Source: the human T2T-CHM13v2.0 reference genome, Homo sapiens. Taken from it: a stretch of 64,000 nucleotides of DNA. The stretch is from NCBI RefSeq assembly GCF_009914755.1, contig NC_060925.1; one strand, given 5' to 3'. Under the pieces are notes generated by a model. The model ran no database searches, was not told the DNA's origin, and saw only the letters and a list, made by a program, of their open reading frames with translations. Each line of letters begins with the position of its first letter. Positions within the stretch are counted from its first letter, which is position 1. Shown in pieces: positions 46,003 through 63,848 of this stretch. A program made the translations under genes and the position numbers.

Positions 46003-46580
46003 TAAGTTGCAAGATGTGCCTTTTGCTCCATTTGTTTTAATTATTCCAAATTCAAATAAAGGTTATGCACCTGATTTCAGTTTGGGTTAAACACGATGGA
46101 TCATGCAGTAACCTGGACAGAAACCTACATTAGAGCAAAAGTCTAAGTGGATATTGTGCTGTGAGCAGGAATTCTGAAAAACACCCTTGACGTGGCCAGT
46201 TCCTCCGGGAAAGATGAGCCACCAATGTCCCGAGGCTTTTGTGCATCTTATGCAGGCTCCTCAGGCTCCTTGGGGCTTGGCGTGCCACAGGAACTGGCTG
46301 AACTTTTTTCTACTGGTAGATACACAAATCTTTGGCACAGCAGATACATCCGGCAGCCTCAGATCTTGGATCCTACACTTACTAGACACGTAAGCTTTCC
46401 CATATTCCACTCGTGGGAAAAGGTTGATAAATAATAGAACCTATCCCAAAGGGTTGTCATGAGGACTAAATGAGATCGTGTCTATAAATCATTCAGCACA
46501 AGGCTTAGCGCATATTAAGTTGTCTCTCTAGACACCTCCAATGATGTCTTCATGAAGGCAGCGCAATGCTACAGAGAGCA

Positions 46581-46948
46581 TGCCTTAGTCAGTTCAGTGA
46601 GCCATAATAAAACTACCATAGACTCGGTGGCTTATACATGACAGAAATGTATTGCTCGCAGTTCTAAAGGCTGAGAAGTGTAAGATCAAGGCACTAGCAG
46701 ATTCGGTGTCTGGTGACGCCCCACTTCTTGGTTCATAGATGACAGTCTTTTTACTGTGTCTTCACATGCTGGAAGGGGCATGGGATCTCTCTGGGGTCCC
46801 TTTTATAAAAGCACTAATCCCACTAATGGGGGGTCCACTCCCAAGACCTAATCACCACCCAAAGGCCCCATCTCCAAATACCATCACATTGGAGATTAGG
46901 ATTCCAATATAGGAATGTTAGGGGAGCATAAACATTCAGTCTATAGCA
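46581..46948 (-). mobile_element. MLT1A-type MaLR solo LTR flanked by MIR pieces
   Basis: tgccttagtc..aagatcaaggcactagcagattcggtgtctggtga..aaacattcagtctatagca; 5-bp TSD gagca. Confidence 0.9.
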
Positions 46949-47886
46949 GAGCAAGATTTTCACACTGCTTCTTCCCCTTACCTCCCTGAGTTTCACCTTT
47001 AAAATGGGTATCTACCATGGGGCATTTGTGAAAATTAAATGAGCTAATTATGTAAAAGGGATAACCCACTGCTGGCCCATAGCAGGTCTTTTAAAAATTG
47101 CTAGTCACTTCCTTCCCTGAAGACTAATTTAGTCTCTATGGATCCCACCTTCTCCAGCTGTGAAGATAAATCTCTGCACACCAGAATTAGACCTTGTGTA
47201 CTTTCAAACTGGTTTCATGGCTATCTTTTGCCTTTCCAGCCAGATTTAAGATTCTTGAGGCTAGGTACCATTTGTCTACTTAGAGCTTCCTCAACTCTTC
47301 TACAGATGCTTTACAAATATTAGGGTTTTTGTTTGTTTTTTATTATAAGCACCATGTTGTACAATAAATCTCTTGAATTTATTCTTCCTGTCTAACTTAA
47401 AGTTTGTACCACTTGAACAAATTATTCCCATCCCCCAAATGCTAGTTTTATTACTGTTATCTATTTCCAAATACATAAAGATTCACATTAATTTCAATTT
47501 TGGTTTATTGTCTTCTAATCAAATGCACAGTAGCATTTGCTCAATTTTTTATGGAAACCTAAAATACACTGCTGCATTTGAAAATCTCATGGCCCAGGTG
47601 CATGATAACAAAGTTTTAATAATATATGATACAGAAATACTTAAATTATTCAAATGCAGCCAAACTTTTATTTTTAATGTGATTAACATTGTTGCAGACC
47701 AAGAAGGTAATTAGAATAATGGAATTTTAGGACTGGAAAAACTTCAGTTTTTCCCTTTTCTGTTTTCTTCTTGGCATTCTTGTTTTTCAACAAAACTTCG
47801 TGATAGTTAATTTAGTAAACCTGAAAGAATTTAGCAGGATTTAATACCTAATTTGATGTCTTTATATTCGGATTATTTTCCTTTGA

Positions 47887-48090
<204 letters not shown>

Positions 48091-48257
48091 TAACAAGTCT
48101 TACGTAAAAAATATGTCTAAGACTATCCCCACATAATCCCTGAAAGCACAATCAATTCAGCAATCATACCAGCTGTGTAGCTAGATTGATCACTCTAATC
48201 AGAATTTGGTTTAATCAATCCAGTAATCCATAGTAGAAAAAAGCAGAAAGCATAGCG

Positions 48258-48386
48258 CACTCATCCCTTGGTATCACCAAGGGATCAGCTCCAGGACCCC
48301 TGTGGATACAAAAATCCATGGATGCTCATGTCCCTGTTGTAAAATGGCATAGTTTTTGTATATAACCTACAGAGAATCTCCCGTAT
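48258..48386 (+). mobile_element. MER2 (Tigger) left part
   Basis: ccaggacccc..ggatacaaaaatccatggatgctca..aaaatggcatagt..tataacctac..tcccgtat. Confidence 0.8.
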
Positions 48387-48389
48387 CCA

Positions 48390-51985
<3,596 letters not shown>

Positions 51986-52544
51986 GAAACTTTAAAAAAT
52001 TCCTATTGAGATTATTTTCTTTTTAAATTAATGTATATATTTTATTTCAATAGCTTTTGGGGTACAAGTGTTTTTTGGTTACATTAACAAATTATATAGT
52101 GGTGAAGTCTGAGATTTTAGTGCATCTGTGACCTGAGTAGAGTACACTGTACCCAATATAGTTTTTTGTCACTCACTCCCCTCTCGTTCACCATTCTGAG
52201 TCACCAAAGCCCATTATATTACTCTGCGTTTCTGTACTCATAATTTAGCTCCCACTTATAAGTGAGAACATACAGTATTTGATTTTCTATTCTTGAGTCA
52301 TTTCACTTAAAATATTGGGCTCCAGCTCCATCCAAGTTGCTGCAAAAATATTATTTCATACTTTTTTACGGTTGAGTAGTATTCCATGGTGTATATATAC
52401 CACATTTTCTTTATGCACTCATTGGTCAAGGGACACTTAGGTTGGTTCCATATCTTTACAATAGAGAATTGTCCTACAATAAATATACACATGCAAGTGT
52501 CTTTTTTGGTATTGGTATTGTTTGTATTTTTGTACAGTTTGTAT

Positions 52545-52673
52545 TTTTTGCTAATTTTTGTAGAGACGTTTTGCCCTGTTGCCCAGGCTGGTTTCGACCT
52601 GCTGTGCTCAAGGGATCTGCCCACCTTGGCCTCCCAAAGTCCTAGGATTACAGGCCTGAGCTACTGCGCCCAA
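52545..52673 (-). mobile_element. Alu left monomer / FLAM
   Basis: ttttgtagagacg..ccttggcctcccaaagt.. Confidence 0.85.
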
Positions 52674-55600
52674 CCCATTTATTTATTTCTGTTTTAGTTG
52701 CATTTGCTTTAGGAGTCTTAGCCATGAATTCTTTGCCTAGGCCAATGTCCAGAGGAGTTTCTCCTAGGTTATATTCTAGAATTTTTATGGTTTCAGGTCT
52801 TAGGTTTAAGTCTTTTATCCATCTTGAGTTTATTTTTGTGTAAAGTGAGAGACAGGGATTCAGTTTCATTCTTCTACATGTGGCTATCCAGTTTTCCCAG
52901 CACCATTTATTAAATAGGGTGTCCTTGCCTCAATTTATGTTTTTGTATGCTTTATTGAAGATCAGTTGGTTGTACGTACTTGGCTTTATTTCTGGGTTAT
53001 CTATTCTGTTCCATTGGTCTATCTGTCTACTTGTATATCAATACCATCCTATTTTAGTAACTATAGCCTTGTAGTATAATTTAAGGTCCAGTAATGTGAT
53101 GCCTCCAGATTTGTTCTTTTTGCTATTTGGGCTCATTTTTTGTCCCCTATGAGCCTTAGAATTGTTTTTGTTTTTTTCTAATTCTGTGAAAAGCGATGTT
53201 GGTATTTTGATAGGAATTACATTGAATCTGTATATTGCTTTTGGGTAGTATGGTCATATTAACAATATTGTATCTTCCAATCCATGAACTTGGAATGGGT
53301 TTCCATTTGTTTGTGTCATCTATGATTTCTTTCAGCAGTGTTTTGTAGCTCTCTTTTTAGGGATCTTTCACCTCCTTGGTTAAGTATATTCCTAGGTATT
53401 TTATTTTATTTTGCAGCTGTGATAAAAGGGAGTAAGCTCTTCATTTGATTCTCAGTTTGGTTGTTGTCAGTGTATAGCAACGCTACTGATTTTTGTACAT
53501 TGATTTTATAACCTGAGTCTTTAATGAATTCATTTATAAAATCTGGGAGTCTTTTGAATGAGTCTTTAGGGTTTTCTAAGTATACAAACATATCATCAGC
53601 AAACATTGATCTTTGGACTTCCTTTTTGTCAATTTGGATGTCCTTCATTTCCTTCTCCTGCCTGATTACTTTCTCTAGGACTTCCAGAACTATGTTGAAT
53701 AAAAGTGATGAAAATGGGCATCCTTGCCTTGTTTCAGTTCTGAAGGGGAATTCTTCAGATTTTCCCCATTCAGTATGATGTTGGCTGTGGATTCATCATA
53801 TATGGCTTTTATTATTTTGAGGTTAGTCCCTTCTATGCCTAGTTTGTTGAAGGTTTTCATCATAAAGTGATTCTGGATTTTATAGAATGCTTTTTCTGCA
53901 ACTGTAGAGATGATCATATGGTTTTTTTTTTTAATTCTGTTTATGTGATGTATCACATTTATTGACTTACATATGTTAAACCATTCCTGTATCCCTAGGA
54001 TGAAATCCACTTGAACATAGTGTATTATCTTTTTGATGTGCTGTTGGATTTGGTTAGCTAGTATGTTGCTGAGGATTTTGCACTGATGTTCATCAGGGAT
54101 GTTTGTTGGTAGTTTTCTTTCTTTGTTATGTCTTCTCCTTGTTTTGGTATCAGGATGATACTGGCTTCATAGAATGAGTTAGGGAGAATTCCCTCTGTCT
54201 CAATCTTTTGGAATAGTTTCAGTAGGATTGGCACCAATTCTTTGAATGTCTGGTAAAATGCAACTGTGAGTCCTTCTGGTCCTGGGCTTTTATTTTTTGT
54301 TGACAATTGTTTCGATTACTGATTTAATCTCACTGCTTGTTATTGGTCCATTCAAGGTTTCTATTTCTTCCTTATTTAATCTAGAAGTTTTGTACATGTC
54401 TAGAAATTTATCCATTTCCTCTAGGTTTTCCAGTATGTATGCAAAAAGGTGTTCCTAGTAGTCTCAAAAGATCTTTTGTATTTTTGTGGTGTCCATTGTA
54501 ATGTCTCCAGTTTCATTTCTAATTGAGCTTGTTTGAATCTTCTCTTATATTTTCTTGGTTAAACTAGCTAATGATCTATTGATTTTGATTGTCTTTTCAA
54601 AGAATCAACTTTTTGTCTTGTTGATCTTTTGTATTTTTTGTTTCAAATTCATTTAGTTCTCCTCCGATCTTTGTTTATTTCTTTTCTTCTGCTGACTTTG
54701 GGTTTAGTTTGTTCTTGTGTCTCTAGTTCCTTGAGGTGTCACATGATGTTGTCAATTTGTGATGTTTTTGAACTTTTTGATGTAGGCATTTAATGCTATA
54801 AACTTTCCTTTTAGGATTGTTTTTGCTGTAACCCAGAGGTTTTGATATGTTGTGTCACTATTATCATTCATTTCAAAGGATTTTGAAATTTCCATCTTGA
54901 TTTCATTGTTAACCCCAAAATCATTCAAGAGAAGATTGTTTAATTTCCATGTATTTGTATAGTTTAGAGATTTCCTTTTGGAATTAATCTTGAGTTTAAT
55001 TTTCCACTGTGGGCTGAGAAGATAACTGGATATGATTTTGATGTTTTAAAATTTATTGAGACTTGTTTTATGACCTACCATATGGTTTATCTTGAAGAAT
55101 GTTCCATGTGCTGATGAGAAGAATGTACATTCTGCAGTTCTTGGATAGAATGTTCTGTAAATATCTGTTAGATCTATATTTTCTAGAATGTGGTTAATTC
55201 CATTGACAGCACTAGACAGATCATTGAGACTTCTGTCTCAATGGAGTGTTAAAGTCCCCACTATTACTGTGTTGCTTTCTACCTAATTTCTTAGATTTGG
55301 TACTAATTGTTTTATAAATTTAAGAGCTCCAGTGTTAGGTGCCTATAAGTTTAGGATTGTAATATCTACTTGTGGGATCAATCCTTTTATCATTTTGTAA
55401 TGGCCTTCTTTGTCTTTTTTTTTTTTTAACTGTTGTTTTAAAGTCTGTTTTATCTGATATAATAGCTACCCCTGCTTGCTTTCAGTTTCCATTTGCATGG
55501 AGTATCTTTTTACACCCCTCTACCTTGAGTTTGTGTGAGTCCTATGTGTTAGGTGAGTCTCTTGAAGACAGCAGACACTTGGTTTCTGATGTTTTTATCC

Positions 55601-58136
55601 ATTCTGACAATCTATATTTTTTAAGAGGAGCATTTCGACAATTTACGTTCAGCATTAGTATTGAGATGTGAGGTGCTGTTTCAGTCATCATGTTAATTGT
55701 TACCTAGATACTTTGTTTTCTTCATTGTGTTATGTTTTGTAGGCTCTGTGAGTTTTACATTTTCAAGAGTTTCTATACTTGTGCATATCAACCTTTTGTT
55801 TCAAGATTTAGAGCTCCTTTTAGCATTTCTTGTAAGGCTCATTAGGTAGTAAAAAATTCCCTCAGCATTTGTCTGAAAATGCGTTTATCTCTCCTTCATT
55901 TATGAAACTAAGTTTTGCTGGATATAAAATTCTTGGGTGACAGTTATTCTGTTTAAGGAGGCTGAAGACAGGACCCCAGTCCTTGCTGACTTGTAAGATT
56001 TCTGCTGAGAAGTCTGCATTAGTTTTCCTTTATAAGTTACCTGATGCTTTTGTCTCACTGCTCTTAGAATTATTTCCTTCATGTTGACTTTAGATAGCTT
56101 GATAACCATACACCTTGGTGATGTTCTTTTTGTAATGAATCTCCCAGGACTTCTTTGAGCTTCTTGTATTTGCATATCTCAATCTGTAGCAGGGTCAGAA
56201 AAGTATTCCCTCAAATTAGTTTCCAAACTTTTTACTTTCTTTTCTCCCTCAGGAACATCAATTATTCTTAGATTTGGCCATTTTACATAATCCCATATTT
56301 CTTTGAGGCTTTGTTCATTTCTTTTGATTATATTTTCTTTATTTTGTCTGATTGGGTTAATTCAAAAGCCTTGTCTTTGAGCTCTGAAATTCTTTCTTCT
56401 GCTTTCTCTAGCCTGTTGTTAAAATGTTCCACTGCATTTTGTAATTCCTTAAATGTGTCTTCCATTTCTAGAAATTCTGATTGTTTTTTCTGTAAAATAT
56501 CTATCTCTTTAGGAAATTTTTCATTCATATTCTGAATGTTTTAAATTTCTTCATGTTGTTTTTCACCTTTCTCTGGCATGTTCTTGAGTAACTTAATAAT
56601 GTTTTGACATCTTTATCTGGTATTTCAAAGATTTCATCTTGGTATGGATCCATTGCTGGAAAGCCAGTGTGATCTTTTGGGGTTGTTATAGAACCCTGTT
56701 TTGTCATATTACCGGAATTATTTTTCTGGTTCCTTCTAATTTGGGTAGGCTATTTCTTCTAATTATTTTTAAATTTATTTTTGATTCAACTGTGTTTTTC
56801 TTTAATTTCCTTTTTACCCTGTTAAGGATGTGATTTTAATGTTTATAGTTTATTGTAGCCTAATTCGGCTCTTGGTGCTTTCAGAGTTGAAGACTCTGTG
56901 GGTTCCTTGGTTATGGAGAGTCTTTGTTTGATGACTGGCTTTCTCAGATGCTGGTTGTAGTAGCAATGTGCTTGGTGTGTGTACAAGTTCACGGTCTCCT
57001 ATGGGGTTGGAATGGTAGAGATATTTTGAGGCTCATCTCGTTTCCCATGATGTGCACTTTTTTATTTATTTATTTTTTCCCCAGTATTTTATTTACTGAG
57101 TTGAATAGCTCAGGTTTCAGGCCAGTAGAGAAGGTATCCCTGGGCAGAAACTATTTATGGCTAAAGCAGGTGGGTAAATGCAATATGAAATGTTGGTCAG
57201 AGGCCCCAGCCTTGACAGAGGTGGTTGGGGGAGCTCTCAGTGAAACACACTGAAGTCTTTTCAGGGGAAACGGTGGGAGCCACCTCTCCCCTTTTCCTTC
57301 TGGCCTCCCCTGCCAGGCCAACTGGAAAGTGATCCACCTCCCAGATACATCCCTGACCCAGTGTTCTGGCTATTCAGATCAGACAGGCACCTCTTTCCAT
57401 CTGCAGGAATGTTGATGTTCCAAGTAGAGAGGAGTTGTGACTCTCCCTCTTGTGCAAGCCTGAGCCTGAGGGGTGCTCCCTCATGTGGGGCGGCAGTCAC
57501 CCTGAAGTGTTCCTGAATGGCTGTCTATAGGCCACCCTTACCAAACTTCCATGGGAGAAGCCCCATTCCCACTGTGTTTGCAGTGGTGGATGAGGAGGAA
57601 AACAAGTCCTCTTCTCCAAGACTCTTCATGAGCACCAGCGCTGCTTGACTATTGGGTTAGAACTGCAGACTTTTCTTGCTGAGCCCAGCACTGCAAACAT
57701 GACTCTGATGAAATAAACTTCCCACCAGCAGAAAGATGTGGGACTCAAGTCCTGCTCTCCAGATTCTTTTGTCCCATGGCATGTTTCATTGATGTGGTAC
57801 ACTCCTCTTTCCCCTGGGAATAGGAGTCCCTGAGAGCTAGACTACTGTGAATGCTGTTGCTCCTCTAGGTCCAGCAACACAGTGGAGCTGCCACACTTGA
57901 GGCCACTGTGGGGAATGTCTGCAAGGGATCCAGTAATGTGACCTGCCCTTAAGTCTTCCAGCAGTGGGTACCAGTACCAGCTCAGATGGAGGGGAGTGAC
58001 ATAGACTCTGTGATTCCTTGGCTATAAATAGGCTTAGTGTGTTGGCTATTTCAAATGCTGGTTGTAGGAGTAATTAACTGGTTATGTGGACAGACTTAGA
58101 ACTTCCTGGTTAGCCAGGGTGGTGTAGGTAATGGTG

Positions 58137-58498
58137 TGTATTAATCTGTTTTCATGCTGCTGATAAAGACATACCCAAGATTGGGTAATTTATAAAGAAA
58201 GAGAGGTTTGATGGATGCACAGTTTCATGTGGCTGGGGAGGCCTCACAATTATGGTGGAAGGTGAAAGGCCCTTCTCACATGGTAGCAGACAAGAGAAGA
58301 GTGAGAGCCAAGTGAAAGGGTTTTCCCTTATAAAACCATCAGATCTCATGAGACTTATTCACTACCACGAGAATTGTATGAGGGAAATTGCCCCCATGAT
58401 TCAATTATGTCCCACCAGGTCCCTCCCACAACACATGGGAATTATGGGAGATACAATTCAAGATGAGATTTGGGTGGGGACACAGCCAAACCATATCA
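58137..58498 (-). mobile_element. THE1 solo LTR in the L1PB 5' UTR
   Basis: tgtattaatctgttttcatgctgctgataaagac...cacagccaaaccatatca; TSD tggtg/cagtg (CpG-decayed cggtg). Confidence 0.93.
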
Positions 58499-59754
58499 CA
58501 GTGATAGCTGAGGTCATACACAAATTTTCTCCTTCCTGAGTGCAGGTTATTCTACCTGCAGATGCTGTCTGTAATGGACTGTGTCAGTTGGCTTCTGCCA
58601 GGTGGTTGTACTTGCAAAAGAGCACCAGGTTTGGTGGTAGCAGTGGGATTTCTGCTTGCCTTATGTTACCTAGGGGAGGTACTCTGGTTTCTTACGTGAT
58701 GGGCAGGGTTATAAAGCTCCCAAAAGTTTCTGTCTTTTGTGTTAAGCTACCAGGGTAGGTGGAGGGGTGAAGCCAGGTCAGAGTTGTGCTGGGCAGGTCC
58801 ATGCAAGCAGCATTCCCTGTGGGGGCCAGGAGACAGTTTTCTGGCCACTAAGGTAACGCTTCAGGGATGAGGACAACTGCCTCTGCTTCACTGAAGAGTT
58901 TGCCCAGCAATTAGGGAGTAGCAGGCGGCAGTAAGCTCCACCCAGCTTCCATGCACTTGGCAAGGCAGGTCTTACACCCACAGTGTTCTGCTAGCAACAG
59001 CTAGCTAAGCTCCAGGAAGTCTACACTCAAAACTGTCCTAGGCCATAAGCCTTCTCCTCAGAGACAGCAACTGGTGACTTTCAGGCCACTCCCCTCCCAG
59101 TCCACCCACAAATCCAGGGCACCCAGCTTCTGCACTCGTGGCTGTAGCACACTTCCCATTCACCTCCCAGTTCTGGCCAAGAGAGTTCAACCCTGCTCGA
59201 GATTATATCACAGATTTTAGTTGGGAGCTTCTCTCAACCTGTGACTGCTGCCTGAGTTAGCTTGCAGACTTCCATGAGGTTCCCAGTAATGTAGAATCAG
59301 GAATAACCTCCCTTGGTTTGTACTGGAGACCGGGAATGTCCAAAAGTCTCTTCCAGCTGCTGCTCCTGCTTTTATATTTCCCACTGCTCACTAAATCAGT
59401 TCCAGTGCTTGGTAGGGTTAACGCCTTCCCCCATGGACTGGATTGCCAGGTTCCCCAGTGGGGATTTATATCCTGGAGGCAGGCTCTCACCCTCTCACAC
59501 TTTGAGGACTTAACAATTTTTCACATGGCTTATAGTATAGGTTGCAGCAGCCTATCTCTTCTTTTAAAGGGTCTTATGGTTTCCTTCCGTTTTCCTGTTA
59601 AGTTCCTGTGTTGCCTCCTGGAAAAAAGTTCACAGTGTGTATCTCTACATAGTCTCTACATATATCTCTACATATCTCTACACCACATTTTATCTTCCCA
59701 AGTGGGAGAGGCATGCTAACATTGCCTCCAATTCACTGTCTTAGGGGGAAAGAT

Positions 59755-62700
59755 TTTTTCTTTCTTCAACTAATTTTGGATTCAGTTTGCTCTTGCTTTT
59801 ATAGCTCTTTAGGATACAATTGTTAGGTTGTTTATTTGAAGTTTTTCTACTTTTTTGATGTAGGTATTTATTGCTATACACTTCAACTTTAGTACTGCTT
59901 TGGCTGTGTCCCACAGGTTTTGGTATGTTCTGTTTCCATTTTCATTTGTTTCAAGAAATCTTTAAATTCCCTTATTGGTCAATTTCTTCATTGACCCAGT
60001 GGTCATTCAGGAGCATATTGTTTAATTTCCATGTGTTTGTATAATTTACAAAGTTTCTCTTGTTATTTATTTCTAGTTTCATCTCACTGTGGTCAGAAAA
60101 GATACTTGATGTGATTTCAATTTTTAAAAATTTTTTGAGATTTTTTTTGTGACCTAACATACAACCTATCTTTGAGGATGTTTCATGTGCTAAGGAAAAG
60201 AACATGTATTCTGCCTTTTTTGGATAATATGTTCTGTAAATACATATTAGGTCCATTTCTTACATACTTTTTCTTTATTTTATGTCTTGATGATCTGTCC
60301 AAAGGTGAAACTGGGGTGTTAAGTACCCAGCTATTATTGTATTGGGGTCTATCACTGTCTTTAGTTCTAATAATATTTGCTTTCTATATCTGGGTGCTCC
60401 TGTGTTGGATGCATAGATATTTACTATTATATTCTCTTACCGAATTGACCTTTTTGTCATTATATAATGAACTCATTTGTTTGTCTTTAGAGTTTTTGTC
60501 TTGAAATCCATTTTGTCTCATATAAGTATAGCAACTCCTGCTCTTTTATGATTTCCATTTTCTTGGAATATCTTTTTCCATCCTTTTATTTTCAGTCGAT
60601 GTGTGTCTTTATAGGTGATGTGAATTTCTTGTAGGCAGCATATAGTTGAGTCTTATCTTTTTATACATCCAACTGCTCTATGTATTTTTATTAGGGAATT
60701 TATTCCATTTAGTTTCAGTATTACTAATGATAGGTATGGACTTACTGCTGCCATACAGTTACTTCTTTTCTGGTTGTTTTGTTGGTCCTCTTCTTCTTTC
60801 TTCCTTCTTGTTTTCCTTTGTGTAAAAGTGATATTCTCTGGTAGTATGTTTTAAGTTTTTGCTTATTATTTTTTGTGTACCTATCATAGGTTTTTGTTTT
60901 GTGGTTACCATGAGGCTTGCAAATAACATCTTACAACCAAGTATTTTAAACTGATGACAACTTAACCCGGATTACAAAGAAAAAGAAAGAAAAAAGAAAA
61001 AAAGAGAAAAGAAAAGAAAAGACAAACAAGCAAAGAGAAAACTAAACAACTCTACACTTTAACTCCATCCCCCTGGCATTTTGACATTTTGTTGTCTCTA
61101 TATATATCTTTTTATACTGTCTCTAAAAAGTTCTTGTAATTATTATTTTTGATAAATGTGTCTTTTGGTCCTTCTACTAAAGATATGTACATACTGCAGT
61201 TACAGTGTTAATAGTATACTGTATTTGTCTGTATACTTACTATTACCAGTGAATTAGATACCTTCAGGTGATTTTTTTTCTCATTTGTTAACATCCTTTT
61301 CTTTCATATTGAAGATCTCCCTTGAGTATTTCTTGTAAGACGGATCTGGTGTTGATGAAATCTCTCAGGTTTTGTTTGTCTGTGAACATATTTCTCCTTC
61401 ATGTTTGTAGAATAATTTTGCTGCATACAATATTCTAAATTGGAAGCTTTTATTCCTTTAGCACTTTGAATATGCCAATCCATTCTCTTTTGTCCTAAAG
61501 GTTTCTGCTGCAAAGTCTGCTGCCAGACATATTGGAACTCCTTTTATGTTATTTGCTTATTTTTACTTGTTGCTTTCAGGATCCTTTCTTTATCCTTGAC
61601 CTTTGAGAGTTCCATTAATATATGCTTTGATGTAGCCTTATTTGGCTTGAATCTGTTTAGTGTTTTATGATCTTCTTGTAGCTGGATATTCATATCTTTC
61701 TCTAGGTTTGGGAAGTTTTCATTATTATTTCTTTGAATAAACTTTCTACCCTTATGTCTCTCTCTATATATGTTCTCTTTAAGGCCAACAACTATTAGAT
61801 TTGCCCTTGTCAGGCTATTTCCTGGATCTTATATGTATGCTTAATTCTTTTTTATTCTTATTGTTTCCCTCTGACTGTATTTTTATATAGCCTGTCTTCC
61901 AGCTCACTAATTTTTTCTTCTGTTTGATCAATTCTGCTGTTGAGAGACTCTGATGCATTTTTCAATTGAATTTTTCAGCTCCAAAATGTCTGCTTGATTT
62001 TTAAAAATTATTTCAATCTCTTTGTTAAATTTATCTGATACAATTCTGAATTCCTTCTCTGTATTATCTTGATGTTTGTTGAACTTCTGCAAGACGAGTA
62101 TTTTGAATTCTCTATTTGAAAGGTCATATATCTTTGTCACTCCAGGATTGGTCACTGGTGCCTTATTTAGTTCGTTTGGTAAGGTCATGTTCCTTGGGTG
62201 TTCTTGATGCTTGTGGATGTTTGTTGATATCTGGGTGTTGAAGAATTAGGTGTCTATTTTGTCTATTTTGTCTTCACATTCTTGGCTTGTTTGTACCTGT
62301 CCTTCTTGAAATAGCTTTCCAGGTATTCCAAGGGGAATGAGTGTTGCGGTCTAAGTTTATGGTCACTGCAGCTGTATCAGTACTAGGAGGTGCCCTAAGC
62401 CCAGGAATGCTACAACTCTTGCCAAGTCCTAGAGGCACAATGATGCTTCTAAATGAAGCATTGTCCTAAAGGGAGAATTCCTTGGGTTACTAGGCAAAGT
62501 ATCTCAGTCTCTTTTCTTTTGTTCCTTGAACCACAAGGAGTTTTTCTCCCCATGCTAGGCTGCCTGGAGTTGGGGGAGGAGTGACACAAGCACTCCTGTG
62601 GCCACCACAGCTGGCACTGTGCTGGGTCATACCTGAAGCTAACACAGTACTGTGTCTTGCCTAATGCCCATGGTGACTACTGCCTGGCTACCACTGATGT

Positions 62701-63000
62701 TTATTCAAGGCCCAAGGGCTCTTTAGTTAGCAGGTGGTGAACCCTGCCAGGACTCAGTCATTGCCTTCAAGGCAGAAAATTCCCTTCTGCCCCAGGGTGG
62801 GTATAGAAATGCCATCCAGGAGCTAAGACCTGGAATCAGGGGCTTCAGGAAACTACTTGGTGCTTTATTTTATTGTGGCTTAGCTGGTACCTAACTAACT
62901 AGTAAGACAAAGACCTCTATACTTTTTCTTCTCCTTTCCCCAAGTGAAGGGAGTTTTTCCCCAAGCTGCACTGCCTGGAGTTGAAGAAGAGGGTCTCAGG
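59755..63000 (-). mobile_element. L1MA-type element continued (endonuclease, ORF1, 5' UTR)
   Basis: EN remnant 59972..60256 (IFSDHSEMKLEINNK..WKLNNMLLND); ORF1 remnant 61928..62188. Confidence 0.85.
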
Positions 63001-63197
63001 TACTTAAAATCATCTATAGATTACTTATAATACATATACCTAATACAATATAAATGTCATGTATATAATTGTTATACTGTATTTTTATTTGTATTCTTTT
63101 TTGTTGCATTATTTTTATTGTTTTTTAAAAAATACTTCCAATCAAAACTTGACTGAGTCCATATATCCAGAACTTGGGTATATGTGGCTGACCATAT
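63001..63197 (+). mobile_element. MER2 right part
   Basis: tacttaaaatcatctatagattacttataatac..ttgttatactgtatt continues the consensus from 48386. Confidence 0.78.
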
Positions 63198-63364
63198 AGT
63201 ATTCTGTTCAGTTAGAAAAAATGTACCTATAGCTCAAAATTTGGAAACTTGGCTATCAGCAATTCAAGACTTAATTTTTTAAATATATTTTTTCTAGGCA
63301 CTATGCATAAATATGTAACATTAGCCTCAAAGAAAGAAAATAATAAACATTTATCTCATTTACT

Positions 63365-63848
63365 TATTTATTTTTCTTTTTTTATTATACTTTAAGTTCT
63401 AGGGTACAGGTGCACAATGTGCAGGTTTGTTACATATGTATACATGGGCCATGTTGGTGTGCTGCACCCATTAACTAGTAATTTACATTAGGTATTTCTC
63501 CTAATGCTATCCCTCCCCCATCCCCCAACCCCATGACAGCCCCCGGTGTGTGATGTTCCCCTTCCTGTGTCCATGTGTTCTCATTGTTCAATTCCCACCT
63601 ATGAGTGAGAACATGAGGTGTTTGGTTTTCTGTCCTTGCAACTCATCATCACTGGTCATCAGAGAAATGCAAATCAAAACCACAATGAGATACCATCTCA
63701 CACCAGTTAGAAAGGTGATTGTTAAAAAGTCAGGAAACAACAGGTGCTGGAGAAGATGTGGAGAAATAGGAACACTTTCACACTGTTGGTGGGAGTGTAA
63801 ACTAGTTCAACCATTGTGGAAGACAGTGTGGCGATTCCTCAAGGATCT
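63365..63848 (-). mobile_element. Young truncated L1PA (PA4/5-like) with 5' inversion
   Basis: Minus-strand 3' UTR 63365-63641, joined to a plus-strand ORF2 C-terminal piece 63642-63848 ([35 protein letters not shown]). Confidence 0.9.

Larger units (their letters stand above)
52010..59750 (-). mobile_element. Near full-length L1PB nested in the L1MA
   Basis: L1PB 3' UTR; broken ORF2 (53406-54306, MFADDM RT motif); ORF1 (55900-56707); GC-richer 5' UTR. Confidence 0.88.
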
